This document shows, one piece after another, positions 14,071 through 27,332 of a DNA stretch of 64,000 bases (the stretch's first letter is position 1; the number at the start of each line of letters is the position of its first letter). A program made the translations under genes and the position numbers. Where the stretch lies: NCBI GenBank assembly GCA_964304625.1, contig OZ199840.1, forward strand, positions 8,643,487 to 8,707,486, in the 5' to 3' direction. Under the pieces are notes generated by a model. It was not told the origin of the DNA and searched no databases. It saw only the letters and a program-made list of their open reading frames with translations. Source of the DNA: Kudoa neothunni (lineage: Eukaryota > Animalia > Cnidaria).

Positions 14071-14251
14071 TACAAAAATGGGGAAAACAATTACAACTGA
14101 ATATATGAATGCTATATTAGTGTCGATATTTGTGTCGGATAAAAAATGAATTGGAACGACAAATTTTTTAATGGTATTATTTTTCTTTAATAATACATCT
14201 ATCTTCATGAATATTAATTTTATCTTAATATTGTATTGTATAATACCTCTG

Positions 14252-16163
14252 GGTAATGGTATAGTGTGTAGCTCCAAAAATAAAGCTTGATGCACAACTA
14301 TAATCTTCACGATTTTAAAATTTTAACATTTTTACATTAATCTTCGTCCGGCTCATATCGAAACACGCGCACTAGAATGCGCATGCAATATTGATGTGGT
14401 TTTCTACTTGTAATTTACTTAATAATGACTTTTTAACCTATGTTTCGTTTTATTATTATTTTTTTAATGATACTTTTACCTCGTGATAATATTATTCGAA
14501 TAATTTATAATAAAACGTCTCTTTGGACAAAAATACGACGATAGATGTAACTTTTATTGCACTTACCAACATATAACATTTATTTAAAAATTGTCTAGCT
14601 TATATATTTTTTAATCTATTATATAGTATGTCTACAGTAAGTTATGCAACAAACAAATGGATCGTATATAGTTTCTTTCGATATTAATATAATTTAATGA
14701 GGCCATAATAAAGGAAAAAGGTTTTTGCAATAAAAATAAATATAATAATGTGTTATCGAATGATTTTAATCAAATATATAATGTCTTATTTATGTCACGG
14801 TATTATTATTATTATTAAATATAAATATATATGCGTTGAACTCAATTTTAGTGGGGCTCTTGATAAATGGTCGTTAATGATTTTAAAAGTACTCATAAAT
14901 TTCTTAGATATATCCCATAGAACATTGTACTTACACAAAAAAACGATAAAGAAATTAATTTATGTTTAAACCAGGTGTCTCTATGAGCCAAATATAATTA
15001 AGTTTATAATTCTAGACAATCGCATCACTACTAATTCTAAAACCCATGTATATCGAATGTTATACTTAATTTTGTTGGGTTCTAAATTTCTCATCAACTT
15101 AAAAATGAATAATAAATACGTACATCGAAACAGATGAATAAATTAATATTAAATTATTTAATAGCCATCTACTTCATGCAAATAAACAAGATATTGATAA
15201 CATACAAAATCTTATTTTACTTCATGGTCAAATGCCAGTCACTCGAGTATAGGGTAAGTATCTTGTTATGAATATAATCAAAAAATTCCCAATAATCTTT
15301 GTAAATTGATTGTAACTATTCTTAATGTAGATACGAGTCCAATAGATTCTTGGGTACACCTTGAGCATATATATGAATATTTTTCAACAATTTGGTTGCT
15401 ATCTTCAGATGATGAATCATTATTTATTCTTCTCTTTATATTTTTTTATTTTTAACTAATTACGCCCACGACAATTTTTGCATTTGGCGGGGCTTCGGAG
15501 TAAATTTTTCTCGACTACGAATTTCGTTAGTTTTTTTCGCTATCAAACAGCAAACTGTAAAATTGACGCTGACCCTTGATAACACCATGATGTGGAGTCG
15601 GTCTAACAACGCGATAACCAGAAATCACTGCATTCTCCGAACTTCTTTTACTTTGGTTTATATATTAAAAACCGTGAGTTTTATGTTTTTAATTGTGATT
15701 AGTATGAAGACTAAGTACACACCATTAATTCTTGGAAATTGAATCAAGAATTCACAAGGGAACTAAAATTTAATTAGAATTATAAATTTAAACAGAAATC
15801 AATACAAGTATTAATTGATTTTACATATTCATCATACATAATAATGCTGATTCCTACCGAAACCTACTACCCCATCGTAAAAATATCATGAAAAAATAAT
15901 AATTTAATGAAATTTGAGTTAAAAAGTTATTATTAAGTAAATTACAAGTAGAAAACTACGTCAATGCTGCATACGCATTCAAGTGCGCGTGTCTTGATAT
16001 GAGCCGAACGAAGATAAATGAAGTAATTTTATAATTGTAATTTGAAACTAATTTATGGTTGGTCCATATTTTAAAATCGCGAAACTGAAATTTTTAATAA
16101 AATAGGGAAGATTAGAGTTGTGTAACAGGCTTTCCTTTGGGAGTTACACATTATACCACTACC
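14252..16163. mobile_element. Non-autonomous long-TIR element (Mutator-like)
   Basis: ~200-bp imperfect inverted repeats at ~14252-14440 and ~15920-16163 (ggtaatggtatagtgtgtagctcc / ggagttacacattataccactacc). No intact ORF inside. Confidence 0.6.
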
Positions 16164-16171
16164 GTCTATAC

Positions 16172-16348
16172 CAGCGCTTCCCAACTAAAACCGGACTCGC
16201 ACCCCCATTTTTTGACAAAAAGAAATTCGCACCCTTTTGCATACGATAAGTTGTAACTGATTTAAAATTTTTAAAAAATTATTTTCAATTTTGATCGAAT
16301 CTCGCACCACCTGAGACCAAAGTTCGCACCCACAGTTGGGAACCCCTG
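16172..16348. mobile_element. hAT-like MITE
   Basis: TIRs cagcgcttcccaact / agttgggaacccctg, with 8-bp flanks gtctatac and gtctattc (7/8 match, consistent with a TSD). Confidence 0.7.
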
Positions 16349-17191
16349 GTCTATTCGATCGAACCAATATTTTCACAAAGTTTTCGTTAATCTAAGAAAA
16401 GTTCCATACGAAGAAATTTTTTTAGGGAAATCAAACGGTACACTTATTTTTAAATGTGTGCACTCCTTCGAGAAAACCAATTGATATTTAAATTTTATAT
16501 TTAATCGTATTTTGTTAATTAAATTGGTATATTTTTGAACCAGTAAGTATTTTTTTTAAAAAGAAGGGTTTCATCTATTTAAAAATCGGTAAATTATTAT
16601 AAAATAGTGAATACGTAAGTTACCACTCACAGCTTAATAAAACCTCATAAACATCCTTTATAAAATTGAAAAAAAGGAATAAAAATTGATATTTATATTT
16701 CGGGAGCATCTTATGTTATTTTTATTTTTTTCTTATCGTTTGTAGACTAATAATAAATTTTATAACTAGGATGATTCATTTATATCGTAAGATTTTGAAA
16801 TAAACTGAAAGTCCTATTTAAGTTATTTAATGATTTTTTTAATAAATAAATGAACTTTAATCGTTAATTACATTTCTCATAAAATTAGAGTCATTATATT
16901 CTTAGTCAATTATGTGTAAAATACACTTAAAGTTACTTATTAATATCTCTCAATAACTCTATTTATATTTGAATGGAAAGGGTGCGCATAATTTTGTTAT
17001 TCTGATTCATCACATTGCAAAAACAATGACAAGCTTTAAATAGCATCAACTAAAATAGAAAAATAAAAGTTACAGGGTTCAACGTGCTATTTAGATTAAA
17101 TCTTCCGTATAATCTCTCCATTCAGAAATAAAACGAAAAATTAAAATTTTCCATCACATAATGCCTGGAAAAGCCGGGCATTAGCGTTAGT
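16349..17191 (+). mobile_element. Helitron-like element, 3' portion
   Basis: Collinear with ~35450-36320. Ends in the hairpin aatgcctgg-aaaag-ccgggcatt followed by agcgttag-t, a degenerate CTAG-type end. Confidence 0.65.
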
Positions 17192-17239
17192 ATATATATA
17201 TATATACATATATATAAATGAGAAAAACGATTTCTTGGT

Positions 17240-18130
17240 ATGGCTACAGACAAAAGATATTGTTTAAATAGCGGGTTTGTATCCTAAATATTTTTTAATG
17301 ATAACTTTGAACCATTGCATCGTCCAGATGCAATTAATATACCAATAACAGATTCAATTCTTCAATGGTCATTTTTTTATCTCTGCATCTGCTATTGGAG
17401 TCAGACATAAAAAGTTGAAAGTAATCAGAAATGCTGTTCACATTTTTAGCATCATCTCAATATTCCGAATTAATTAAGAACTCCAGTTCGCGTTCTTGTT
17501 TGATTTGTAATATCCCACAGAATTTCTGATTTCGACATTGATTGATTGTTTTCAGTTTGAAATTCATCATCATTTGCGAATCAGAACCTTCCACATTATC
17601 TTCATAATATGAGGCATCTGATAGGCCACCTTCAAATTCATGGTTGCTATCAGAGCTTTGATCAATCTCTACATTATCATCAAGTAGTTTATTCATATCT
17701 TTGTTATATTAAATGACTAAATAAAAATTTAATTTCAAATTATCCACGTAATGTTACTTATCTAATCCCTTATGTTTTTTGGCATCACTCGATAAGTGAG
17801 TGATAAAATCACAATGTTTCCTCCCGTACTTGGTTTAATAATTTTTCAATGTTTTTGATTAATTTTAGTACATAAATTATAATAATCAAATTATTATGTC
17901 TACTTTTAACCAAGGTTTACTGATGTGTGGTGATTTAAAACCATTATATCTCATATCATCTTGATAATTCTTAAATTATAACTTAAACTAAAATTACGCA
18001 TTAAATTCCATTAGATTATAAAAACTATGAGATTTGTATAATCTTTTTTTAAACGGAAAAATCAAAAAATACCAAAAATGGGGTCACAAATTACCCTGGT
18101 TGGGTTAATTGGCACTTTCTTTGATGGTCC
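17240..18130 (-). mobile_element. piggyBac remnant (5' part of transposase plus terminal region)
   Basis: Acidic N-terminal ORF 17457-17696 and downstream fragments are homologous to 36367-36843 (SISDCLQLFMSDSIIEIILNYTN..ITIEELTSCIGIL, PGBD-like). A GC-rich end with gggttaa lies near 18100. Confidence 0.55.
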
Positions 18131-18801
18131 CAGGGGGAGAGCGTATTATCCGTTGCTTACTGTACCCATGATTAGCCAAAAGGAAACCTTAAGTCTATAA
18201 AAATAGAATAACCCATATTGGGCATAAAGTATTAACCATATTTACTAGTGCGGCTCAAGAAACTCGTTGTCTAGTCCTTATCTCGTCCCATTGCAACAAC
18301 ACTAAAACGATATACCCACTAGTAACATTAAATTGTAATTAATTAGAACGGAAAAATTTGTTAAGAAAAAGATTTAATGTTGTTTCTAAAACATTAATAT
18401 TTTGAATATATTTTTTATAAAGGACAATTTTCCTCCGAACTGCCCCCTTCCTAGCATAGTCGGACACACACCCGACACAATTTACACTCTATTTTTAAAT
18501 ATTTGATAAATATGTAAATTCATCCAAATTTTAGATACGATTTGAATAATTTACGTTTTGTTGTTTACTGAGGATGTTAGGTTAAATCGAAGTTATTTTC
18601 ATTAAATAGATATATATTGTCCTTCATCATACTTAGCGTTAAAAAATCGATTACATAATAATATTATTAAAGTATATAGTCGACATGTTTAGCTAATTGA
18701 AAATTTCTTTAATCTTATTCATATATTAATAACTCGTCTTTTCTTTATATACGATAATATTTCCAGTTTCTGATTTATTTATTAATCATTTTATATATAA
18801 A

Positions 18802-20267
18802 ATGAATCCACTATTTAATACAATAATATTTATTTTATCTTCTTCTTTATGCTTTTCTGGTAATTACCACATTTCTTGCTCAATTCTACCATACTTACTA
18901 GACCCTATATTACCATCTTATGAAAGAGATGAAGGAGATTGGCCCATCGATGTCGTTAAAAGTATGGATAGTGTCATCGACCGTTGGTTCATTGATATTA
19001 ATGATGCCAAATGTAAGCCTCTAGAATACCGGGGTATCAAAGGGAATTATAACAATTTTGGCCTCAAAGGGGCTTTGTGAAATGCATGGTACGTTGTTAA
19101 TTAAAATTTGTAATATTAATATTAATATTCGTTAAAGGTAAGTTAACTGAACGGGGAAAAATTAAAAGGATGTAAAAAACCAATGCATCCAGGACACTGT
19201 GTAAAAAATACAGGAACCATCCCGAAGTATTACTTTGATCAGACTACTGCTAGATGTAAACAATTCCCCTATAATGGATGTGGAGGAAGTTTTAATAGAT
19301 ATGAAAATGAAGAGGAATGTTATTTATATTGTTTAAGTATATCGCACTGACTTGAATGTTAAAAATTAATGTATATTTTGCATTAGATAAAAAGAATGGA
19401 GGGCTAACAAACGCTGATGATGAAAAAAATAGATTCTCTCAAAGATAAAAGATAATTATTTAGTACCGAATTCTTTAGATTGTGATCTAAAGCCAGACGT
19501 TAAAGATAAAGACCCAGACACTGCAATTATTGCTGATACCAATAACAACAAGTGTGCGTTTGCTGCAGTCTCAATTGATTCGAATACAAGAGGAATATTC
19601 AGGACATTTTCTGAATGCGTCAAAAAATGTTATCGTATACACATTATTTTGTTTTAGTTTCTTAATATTTTATAGCACATAAACATGATGTTAAAGATCC
19701 TAATATAGACCCTAAAAAAAAGAGAATTCCTGCATGTGATACCGATCCTTATCAACATGCCTTCACCGATGAAAAGCAAGTGATTTTCAGATACTATCAT
19801 GATGCCAACAAAAAATTATGCAAACGCATGGAAACTGGCCAGCCAACGGGCAGTGAACTGGACTTTAATAGAGACAACAATAGCTTTCCGACGATGGAAA
19901 TGTGTCATAGCTATTGTGGTGCAGGTACAAAGTTGTTTAAATTAAGAGTAAAACCGATGACTTTTTACATTAGGTTACAATTTAATATTTAATTTTATTA
20001 ACAATAAATTTAGACAACTACAAGAAAGAAATAAAGATTGAAGAAACCTGTAAACAACAAAAGGAAGGTGTTGCTACTGATAGTAGTAAATTTCACGCAA
20101 TAAGATATTATTATAAATCAGCTGATAATAAATGCCAAGCATTCAAATACAAAGGATACGATGGTAACTCAAACAATTTTAAAGATGGGGAACAATGCAA
20201 AAAAATATGTGGAGGTCATTATAACGAAGGGAAAGAGGTTACGATAGACAAAAATGTGGAGAATTAA
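18802..20267 (+). pseudogene. Five-Kunitz paralogue K2, frameshifted in this sequence (pseudogene or consensus error)
   Basis: Same 6-exon layout as K1 and K4. An extra G at ~19060 causes a stop at 19078-19080, and two extra A in A-runs lie at ~19425 and ~19450. Exons 5-6 are almost identical to K4. Confidence 0.8.
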
Positions 20268-21699
20268 GTAGAAGCTAAGAAGAAATCTATGTTTAGTGCA
20301 ATGAACGTATTTAAAGGTTAAAATGTAGAACAGTAGCCTTAATCCAAATCAGCGACCACGATAAAAATCGAACCTGTTGATTATTTTAATATTTGTATTT
20401 ATCATTGTTTCACCACCAGTAGATTATTTTCGGCACTGTAATTGTTATCAATAATAGTTTTTATAATCTATCATATAAATCACTGCTAGTCCCTCGTAAT
20501 TATTTCCACAGGCCATATCATTTAATCGATTAAGTAAAGCATACTTTATTTATCCTAAAATTTGAGTGTGACCACTATGGTTTTTTGTCGATTGTCATAT
20601 TTCATCATCATCATCAGCGATTGCCTATTATTAATTCTATGTCTACAGGAATAATAAATTCATATTTTCTGCAAGCATTAGATGTCAAATTGTATCAAAT
20701 GCATAACGTTAATCTCAAAAATAATTTATTGTAATTAATCCACACATCCCTACCATTAAATGCCCAACATATTTCATGCTAATTTGTTATAAATATTCAG
20801 GATTAATCTACGAACTAATAATAATGTTTAATCGGAAAATGTGATCATTATTCTACATTTTAACCCACAGAATCATGATTACTTTCTGCTTCTAGGATAT
20901 ATTACTTCACATCATATAATTACTCATACTGAGGTTAAAAATATCCATAGTTGTGACAGCTCTTTCCTAAAACTATGCAAATATATACAAACCCAAATTT
21001 TAGTTCGTGTTGCTTATAGTAAAGCGTAGTTTAGTCAATTATAAAAAGGGTCGGGTGAGCAGTCCTTTATTAATCTAATAACATTGAATCCATTTTTAAT
21101 TTTTCCGCTGTCAACCATACAAAAATCATCATGATAATTTTGCCATTTTAGATTGAATATTGATTAAACCCTTTAAACCATCGGTTATTAATGAATCCAC
21201 ACGAATAATTTGAGCGCATCAAATTAATCAACTCAAACTTCTCAGAATCACGCTCTTTGTTAGTACTATATTTAAATTTTTTACGGTGAAGCTATCCCAC
21301 CTCATGGGATTTCAATATTTCTTCTTTCTTATTACGACTGCCATCCAATGTTGAAATTGTAGGAAGTTAAAAATGTCGAGCGGTAGCATCCTCCGCAACC
21401 TTATTAGGCGAATGTTCAAAAAATTCGATTAATTCAAATTCTTCCTTAATTGCTATGTTTTTTATTTTTTTCTACCATCTGAAAACTACGAAAAGCCCGC
21501 AAGTTCCCTCGAAAAATCCCCCAAAAAGTACGTAAAATCCGCAACGATGGATTTTTTGTATTTTCATCATTTTTTCTTTATTTTGTAAATTTTTGTAAAT
21601 TAAATTTTAATATGATATTCTAATATTGAATCTGTACTTGCACAGAAACATTTAGGGTAAACGCGCGATAAGAAGATAAAAAGTACGAAAAACCCGCAG

Positions 21700-22340
21700 T
21701 AGGAATAATCGATTGCCTACTATAGCTTTATCATCAAACCTTAAGACCTGGTAAATATGATTGAAACGATCTCTAGAGTTCGCCAAAGAATAATAAAATT
21801 GTTTTAATGATGTGTTAGAATCCCGTACATTCCTCAGTGCAAACGAGAGGGCACTTGAGCAATTGGATGCGATTAAACACTCCTAAAACATTTGAGTTCT
21901 TCAATGATCTTTCCGTTGGTTTTTGTCCATACAATCACAGCACATATTTGTCTATTTGGTTATAATGTCGACAATATCGTTCGATATAAAAAGCTCAAAT
22001 GCTTCAACAATTTTATTAACATTTTTTTCCTCCATTATGATTCTAGAAGGTGGCGAAACAAAGTTATGAAGACGAGTCTTCGTTTGGGTAGGAGGTTTCG
22101 TACACCATTCGAAACCAGATCGAGAACTTAGCAAAGATTCTGGATTTTCACTCATCGGTAAATATTTCAAATCATCCAATAACCCTTCTTCATCCGCTAT
22201 AACTACTACCTTGTTCACAACAATTTTCGTAGAAAGAGTCTTCTGATTCGGATACAATAAACTGAGAACAATCATCTTGACTAGAGGAAGAATCCTCAAT
22301 TAATTTTTCGCTGTCGTCGAATATATTTCTAAAATCATTT
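21700..22340 (-). pseudogene. Degenerate piggyBac (PGBD, DDE_Tnp_1_7-like) transposase fragment
   Basis: Reverse-strand translation gives EAFELFISNDIVDII.. and NSRDRFNHIYQVLRFDDK, typical PGBD motifs, interrupted by stops. Confidence 0.75.
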
Positions 22341-23048
22341 TAAATAAAGATGTATATAAATAAGGAGAAATTAAAAAATATACTTAAGTATCAATAAAAA
22401 TTAAACTCAATGAAACCCACTGTGCTTTCCCGTCAACTCTGAATGGATTAATTATTGTTAATTTTCTTTCAGTACGTAAAAATCATAACACTTCTTATTT
22501 ATCGTTAAAATAAAAATATTGATATTTTAACCATATAAACTCATATATAAACAATTAAAAAAATTATAATATTGACCTGGTGGTAACATTAGATATATTA
22601 TAAAGTGACATATTCTAAAACTCTCATTTTTACAATAATACTGCACCATTTTCGATTTAATTTTCATCCTTCTTAAACTTTAATACATTATAAAAACATT
22701 GAAGAAATTTAATGACGTCCATATAAGTGGTGTCAAGAATTTAAGCAAAAGTATCCAATATACCCAGATCGAGCAAGAAGGGTTAAGTTCAATTTTTATA
22801 AGTTTTTTTTCAAAATGTTGAAATATTTTCTTTATAGCGTAAATTATTCTTTTTTTGATTAAAGGGCGACTTAGTAATATTGGGAGTAAGTAAATCATTT
22901 AATACACTTTAATTCGTATGGGATCAATGAATGAAATGATAGATTGTCTCCTTTTTCTAATAAACATCGGCGTATAAATTATATACCGAAGTTCTCAATT
23001 ACATATTAATATTTCTGAATAGTAATCCCATCCAAAATTTGATAAAAT

Positions 23049-24522
23049 ATGTTATTTGTATTAATATTTATTATTGTAAACATCAATTATTCTAAAATAA
23101 AATCAGGTACACATCTCACGTTCATCCTAAATAATACACTATCATAGAACCAGCACTTCCTTCCTATGAAATGGATGTGGGTGAGTTCAAAGAAGGTGAA
23201 GATATAAACAATGAACTCACAAGATGGTTTATTAATACCAAAACAAACAAATGCGAAACTTTCCAATACAAAGGCATCAAAGGAAACTTTAACAACTTTA
23301 GAACGGAAATAGAATGTCAAAGACATCGTATGCTTCTTATTATGAAAATTTACTAATTTTGTACAGTTGAAAATCCTCTTTCTGATAAGATTGATGGGTG
23401 TCAAGACACTCCGAAACAAAAGGGGTCCTGCAATTCACTCAACATAGCTAGTCTTAACACCGAGAAATGGTCCTGGGACCGTTCAAAAGCTGCTTGTGAA
23501 CGTTTTGATTACTCAGGTTGCGGTGGGAACAAAAATAGATACGATTCAGATGAAGAATGCAAAATATTTTGTTATAGTATGCTGGATACAACAATATTTT
23601 GATAATAGTCCATAATTGTAGATGATGATCCAAATTATGGGAACCCGAATGAAGGTATAAGTTTGAATGACGATGAAGAAAAAGCGAAATACGCTATTCC
23701 AAGTTATTTTGACTGTCACTTAAAACCAGACCTCCAAACGAATGAAGCTCAAATCAAAGCTATCGCATTAATTGAAGAGAAACAATGTGTATATGTTGCA
23801 GCAGGATTGCAAAAAAAAGATAAAAAGATAAGAGGAGCATTTGATACTATCAATGCGTGCGTTCAAAAATGTTTCCGTAATTAATATTTTCTTAACTTAA
23901 ATGATGCTCCAATAGCAAACGAATACGATGAATCAGCTGATATAAATGAAAGAATGAAACAAAAAATATTAGCATGTAGTAGAGTACAGCCCGACCAATT
24001 TGAAAAACCAAGTTCACTAACATCCCAAGTTAAACCAACAATAAGATACTATTATGACCAAAGCAACAAGGGATGTTCACGCTTTGAGAGTTGGCCTGGA
24101 GATTTTGATAAATCTAAAAATAATTTTCCCTCAGCGGAAATATGCGAAAGCTATTGTGGATGGGGTATATAAATCAATTAGATTAGAATAATGTCATGAA
24201 AACTTGAATAGATAAACCTGAACAAACGGAAGCTATAGAAAGAAAGCCTGCTTGTTATCAACCTAAAGCTGGTGAATACAGCAAATCTGATAATACTAAT
24301 GGAAACCTTAATGTTAAAAGATGGTATTTTGATAGTTCCGAAGATAAATTTAAATGCATCTCCTTCATGTTTGGAGGTCTAAATGGAAATAACAACAACT
24401 TTAAATCTAAAGAAGCATGTAAAGCTGTTTGCTGGGAGCACATGGATCCAGACGAAACTAATTTCGCCGCAGAAGATTTACATAACGGTATTAATGATGA
24501 TGAACAATCCACCACAAGTTAA
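23049..24522 (+). CDS. Secreted five-Kunitz protein, divergent paralogue K5 (6 exons, ~420 aa, intact)
   Basis: ATG 23049 (MLFVLIFIIVNINYSKIKS). Phase-1 introns at 23107-23147, 23328-23366, 23577-23621, 23877-23915 and 24165-24211 give a 1263-nt CDS open to TAA 24520-24522. Canonical domain CQDTPKQKGSC...CERFDYSGCGGNKNRYDSDEECKIFC. Confidence 0.9.
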
Positions 24523-24695
24523 TAGCCTGATATCTTTTTAATATCAATCTAGAATTATCGTTATTAGCTATTAGCTATTTTCCACTTAGCTTTTCTTGAA
24601 TAAATATTATTAATGCATATCGCAAATTTTCTATTAATAGAGAAGTATGTGTTAAATAGAAATAAAATATTTGTAATATAGGAAAAGGACGTTAA

Positions 24696-26235
24696 CCCTT
24701 TCGGGTCTGAGAATCACGCAATAGGAATATCTTTTTAACCCTCCCGAGACAAGGCGGGGTCCGCGTGGAACCCGCGGCACACATTTTTGTGTTTTACTTT
24801 TTATTGACTTTAAGTAACTAATTCAGATTACTGATAATCCTAGTTCAAGAGGTACTTTTTAATCATGTTTAATAGTCAAAAAGAAATTTTCTCATAAATG
24901 ACTTTAAATGTTTAAAGTTTTAAACAAAAATTTTAAAAAAATTGTTTGTGATTATTAATTTATGTAATTATCAGAATTGATATATTACATAAAAATGAAT
25001 AAACATGAATAAACTATCATGGAGTTATTAGTTTAATAGAATATTGACATAATTACGTTTTTTTCATCCATCTTGGTGGTGGTCACCGATATTTGATAGG
25101 ATTATCCTTTGTCAGTGGGTAGGCTTAATTTTTTTGAAAATATTCGAGTATTCATAATTTGTTAAATTTAACTTTATTTATATGTGTTTTGATTTAGTAA
25201 TGTATAGTAGTGATTCGGAATATTTATTGGATGACCATGTTAATGATAAACAAATTATGGATAGCAATTTGGAGTTCGAAGGAAATTTGGCAGATGCTTC
25301 TAGCTGTGAGGATTTATTGGAATGTATTGATTCACAGATTAATGTTGAGGTTGATCGTATTGATTGCATCCCAAATTAAGGTCCTGTTACAATATCAAAA
25401 TCTGCTTTTGAATAGGATTGTGAACCACGAGAAACATTGAGTCTCTTATCGATTCTTTCAGAATTTTCTTCTCAGATGTAGTAATTGAAAAGATATTATT
25501 CTACACGAATAAGTTATGTTCGAAAATTTGTTCAATTTTCTTACTGTTTGTTACTCATCAAGAAAGTAAAAAAATAAAATTAATCCGCTACAGTTCTATT
25601 ATTATAAGCGTTAATGTCAAAAATAATTAAGGGAATATTGTTATAAGTTTTGAACTGTTTGATTTAAAACGTAATGTAGCTTATAACATTAAAACATAAC
25701 CAATACGAGATGTTAACATCCGATTATTATTTGAAGAATAAGTATTGAAATAACATCGTTAGATATTTTGTAATTTAATTTTTACGATCTTTAGGGAGTA
25801 TAATGCAATGAGTAGTTTTGGCGCGAATTTAATCTACATTATTAGAGAGAGATTACGAGTTATTCGGGGTATCGTGCATCAGAATCGACCGATATGTTGT
25901 CATTGTTTTCATAGAGTAGATCGTTCCTAAAATTATATCATCACGTTTTATAACATCCTAAAATCAAAATCTACCAGAACATATATTACGTATGCACTCA
26001 TAATCCTCATTACACATCGAAGATTTGTAATAGTTATTCATCAGAATTATTCGAATTTTTTTACAAATTTATAAATGATATGTATTTTTTGACTGTATAA
26101 TATAAAATTCCGATATTTATTGGGTAGGAATGCCTGATTTGGTAAAAATTTCAAAAAAATAAGCTAAAATTGCTGGGGTCCATTTGGACTCATTCCGTCC
26201 CCTACGTGATTTTCAGGCGCATTTTCCTTCGAGGG
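24696..26235 (+). mobile_element. Internally deleted piggyBac element
   Basis: TTAA-CCCT left ends at 24692 and 24735, and a GAGGG-TTAA right end at 26231-26239. Subterminal ctgagaatcacg matches cgtgattttcag. A transposase fragment at ~25180-25520 has an acidic N-terminus and SLIDSFRIFFSDVVIEKILFYTNK. Confidence 0.75.
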
Positions 26236-27332
26236 TTAAAAAGGAGATTAAGTTTATACACTCCGAGATTTGCAATGGTTGGGAATAATACGTTTGACTT
26301 CGATACCTTCCATTCCAAAAATCATTTCAGCATTAAATCATATTTCAAATAATATGATCATAATATACAGAAGTTGTGGAGCAACAAAGATGATAGCCTG
26401 TTGTTGGATGGCGACCATGATTCCATGGAAACAGTTTTATGGCCTTACTGCGTAGATAATACGTTGTCGTAGATTTTGTTAAAATATATTGAATTGTTTT
26501 AAAAAATTATTTTTTGGTAGTCTATATTATTCCTTTAAAAATTATTGTAATAACTAATCTTGTATGCATAAAACATAATCTCCGTTTTAAACATTCGACA
26601 ACTCACATTATGTCGTGCTTATTTATCTCCTCTTATCAATATCGCATATTATGATTTGAATAAAAAGTTTTAAATATATTAAAATTTTCCTTATTTCAAA
26701 TTAATTTTAATTTATGATAAAGAATTAAAAGGTTCGATGAACAGCTAAATTTTACAAAAATCACTCTCCACAGATAAATTTAATTTATAGATTCCCGAAA
26801 TTACTATGCAAAATGTCAACTCTCTTTTTTAGTTAAATAAACTATAAAAGAACCCTATGAGATAATATTGAGACTTAATTTGATCAATTTATACTTGGAC
26901 CATAAAGGGGCCCATTTAGCCTTTGTGTAACTTTTTGAAAAATCTGAGAAAAAACGTACATAAGATGAAAAAAATTTGTTGACCTCTGACAATATAACTA
27001 CATAAAATTTATGATATAATTTAAGTAACATTAGTTTTGTTATATAGAATATCCCTATAATTTTATAAGCATTTAATTAAATTTTAGGCCTAAATAGTCC
27101 CACTGAGCTTTCTAAGGTTAATATTAGAGTTTAATAAATTTAAATGGCAATATTTTTTATATAAAATGACTTACACATTTTTAAAAAGTTAAAAGTTAGA
27201 ATAAATTATTTAAAAAAAAATATTCTTCTAAACCCCTCCATCCAGGAACAATTGAGCACAAACAAAACATTACTAATTTTATGTTTGTATATTAAAGAAT
27301 TAGACTTTCCTTAATTTTAGATATATTATGAA

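Larger units (their letters stand above)
16349..20957 (+). repeat. Segmental duplication (~4.6 kb) shared with ~35450-40138
   Basis: Collinear Helitron 3' end, piggyBac remnant, upstream region, Kunitz gene and ~700 bp of 3' flank. Confidence 0.9.
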
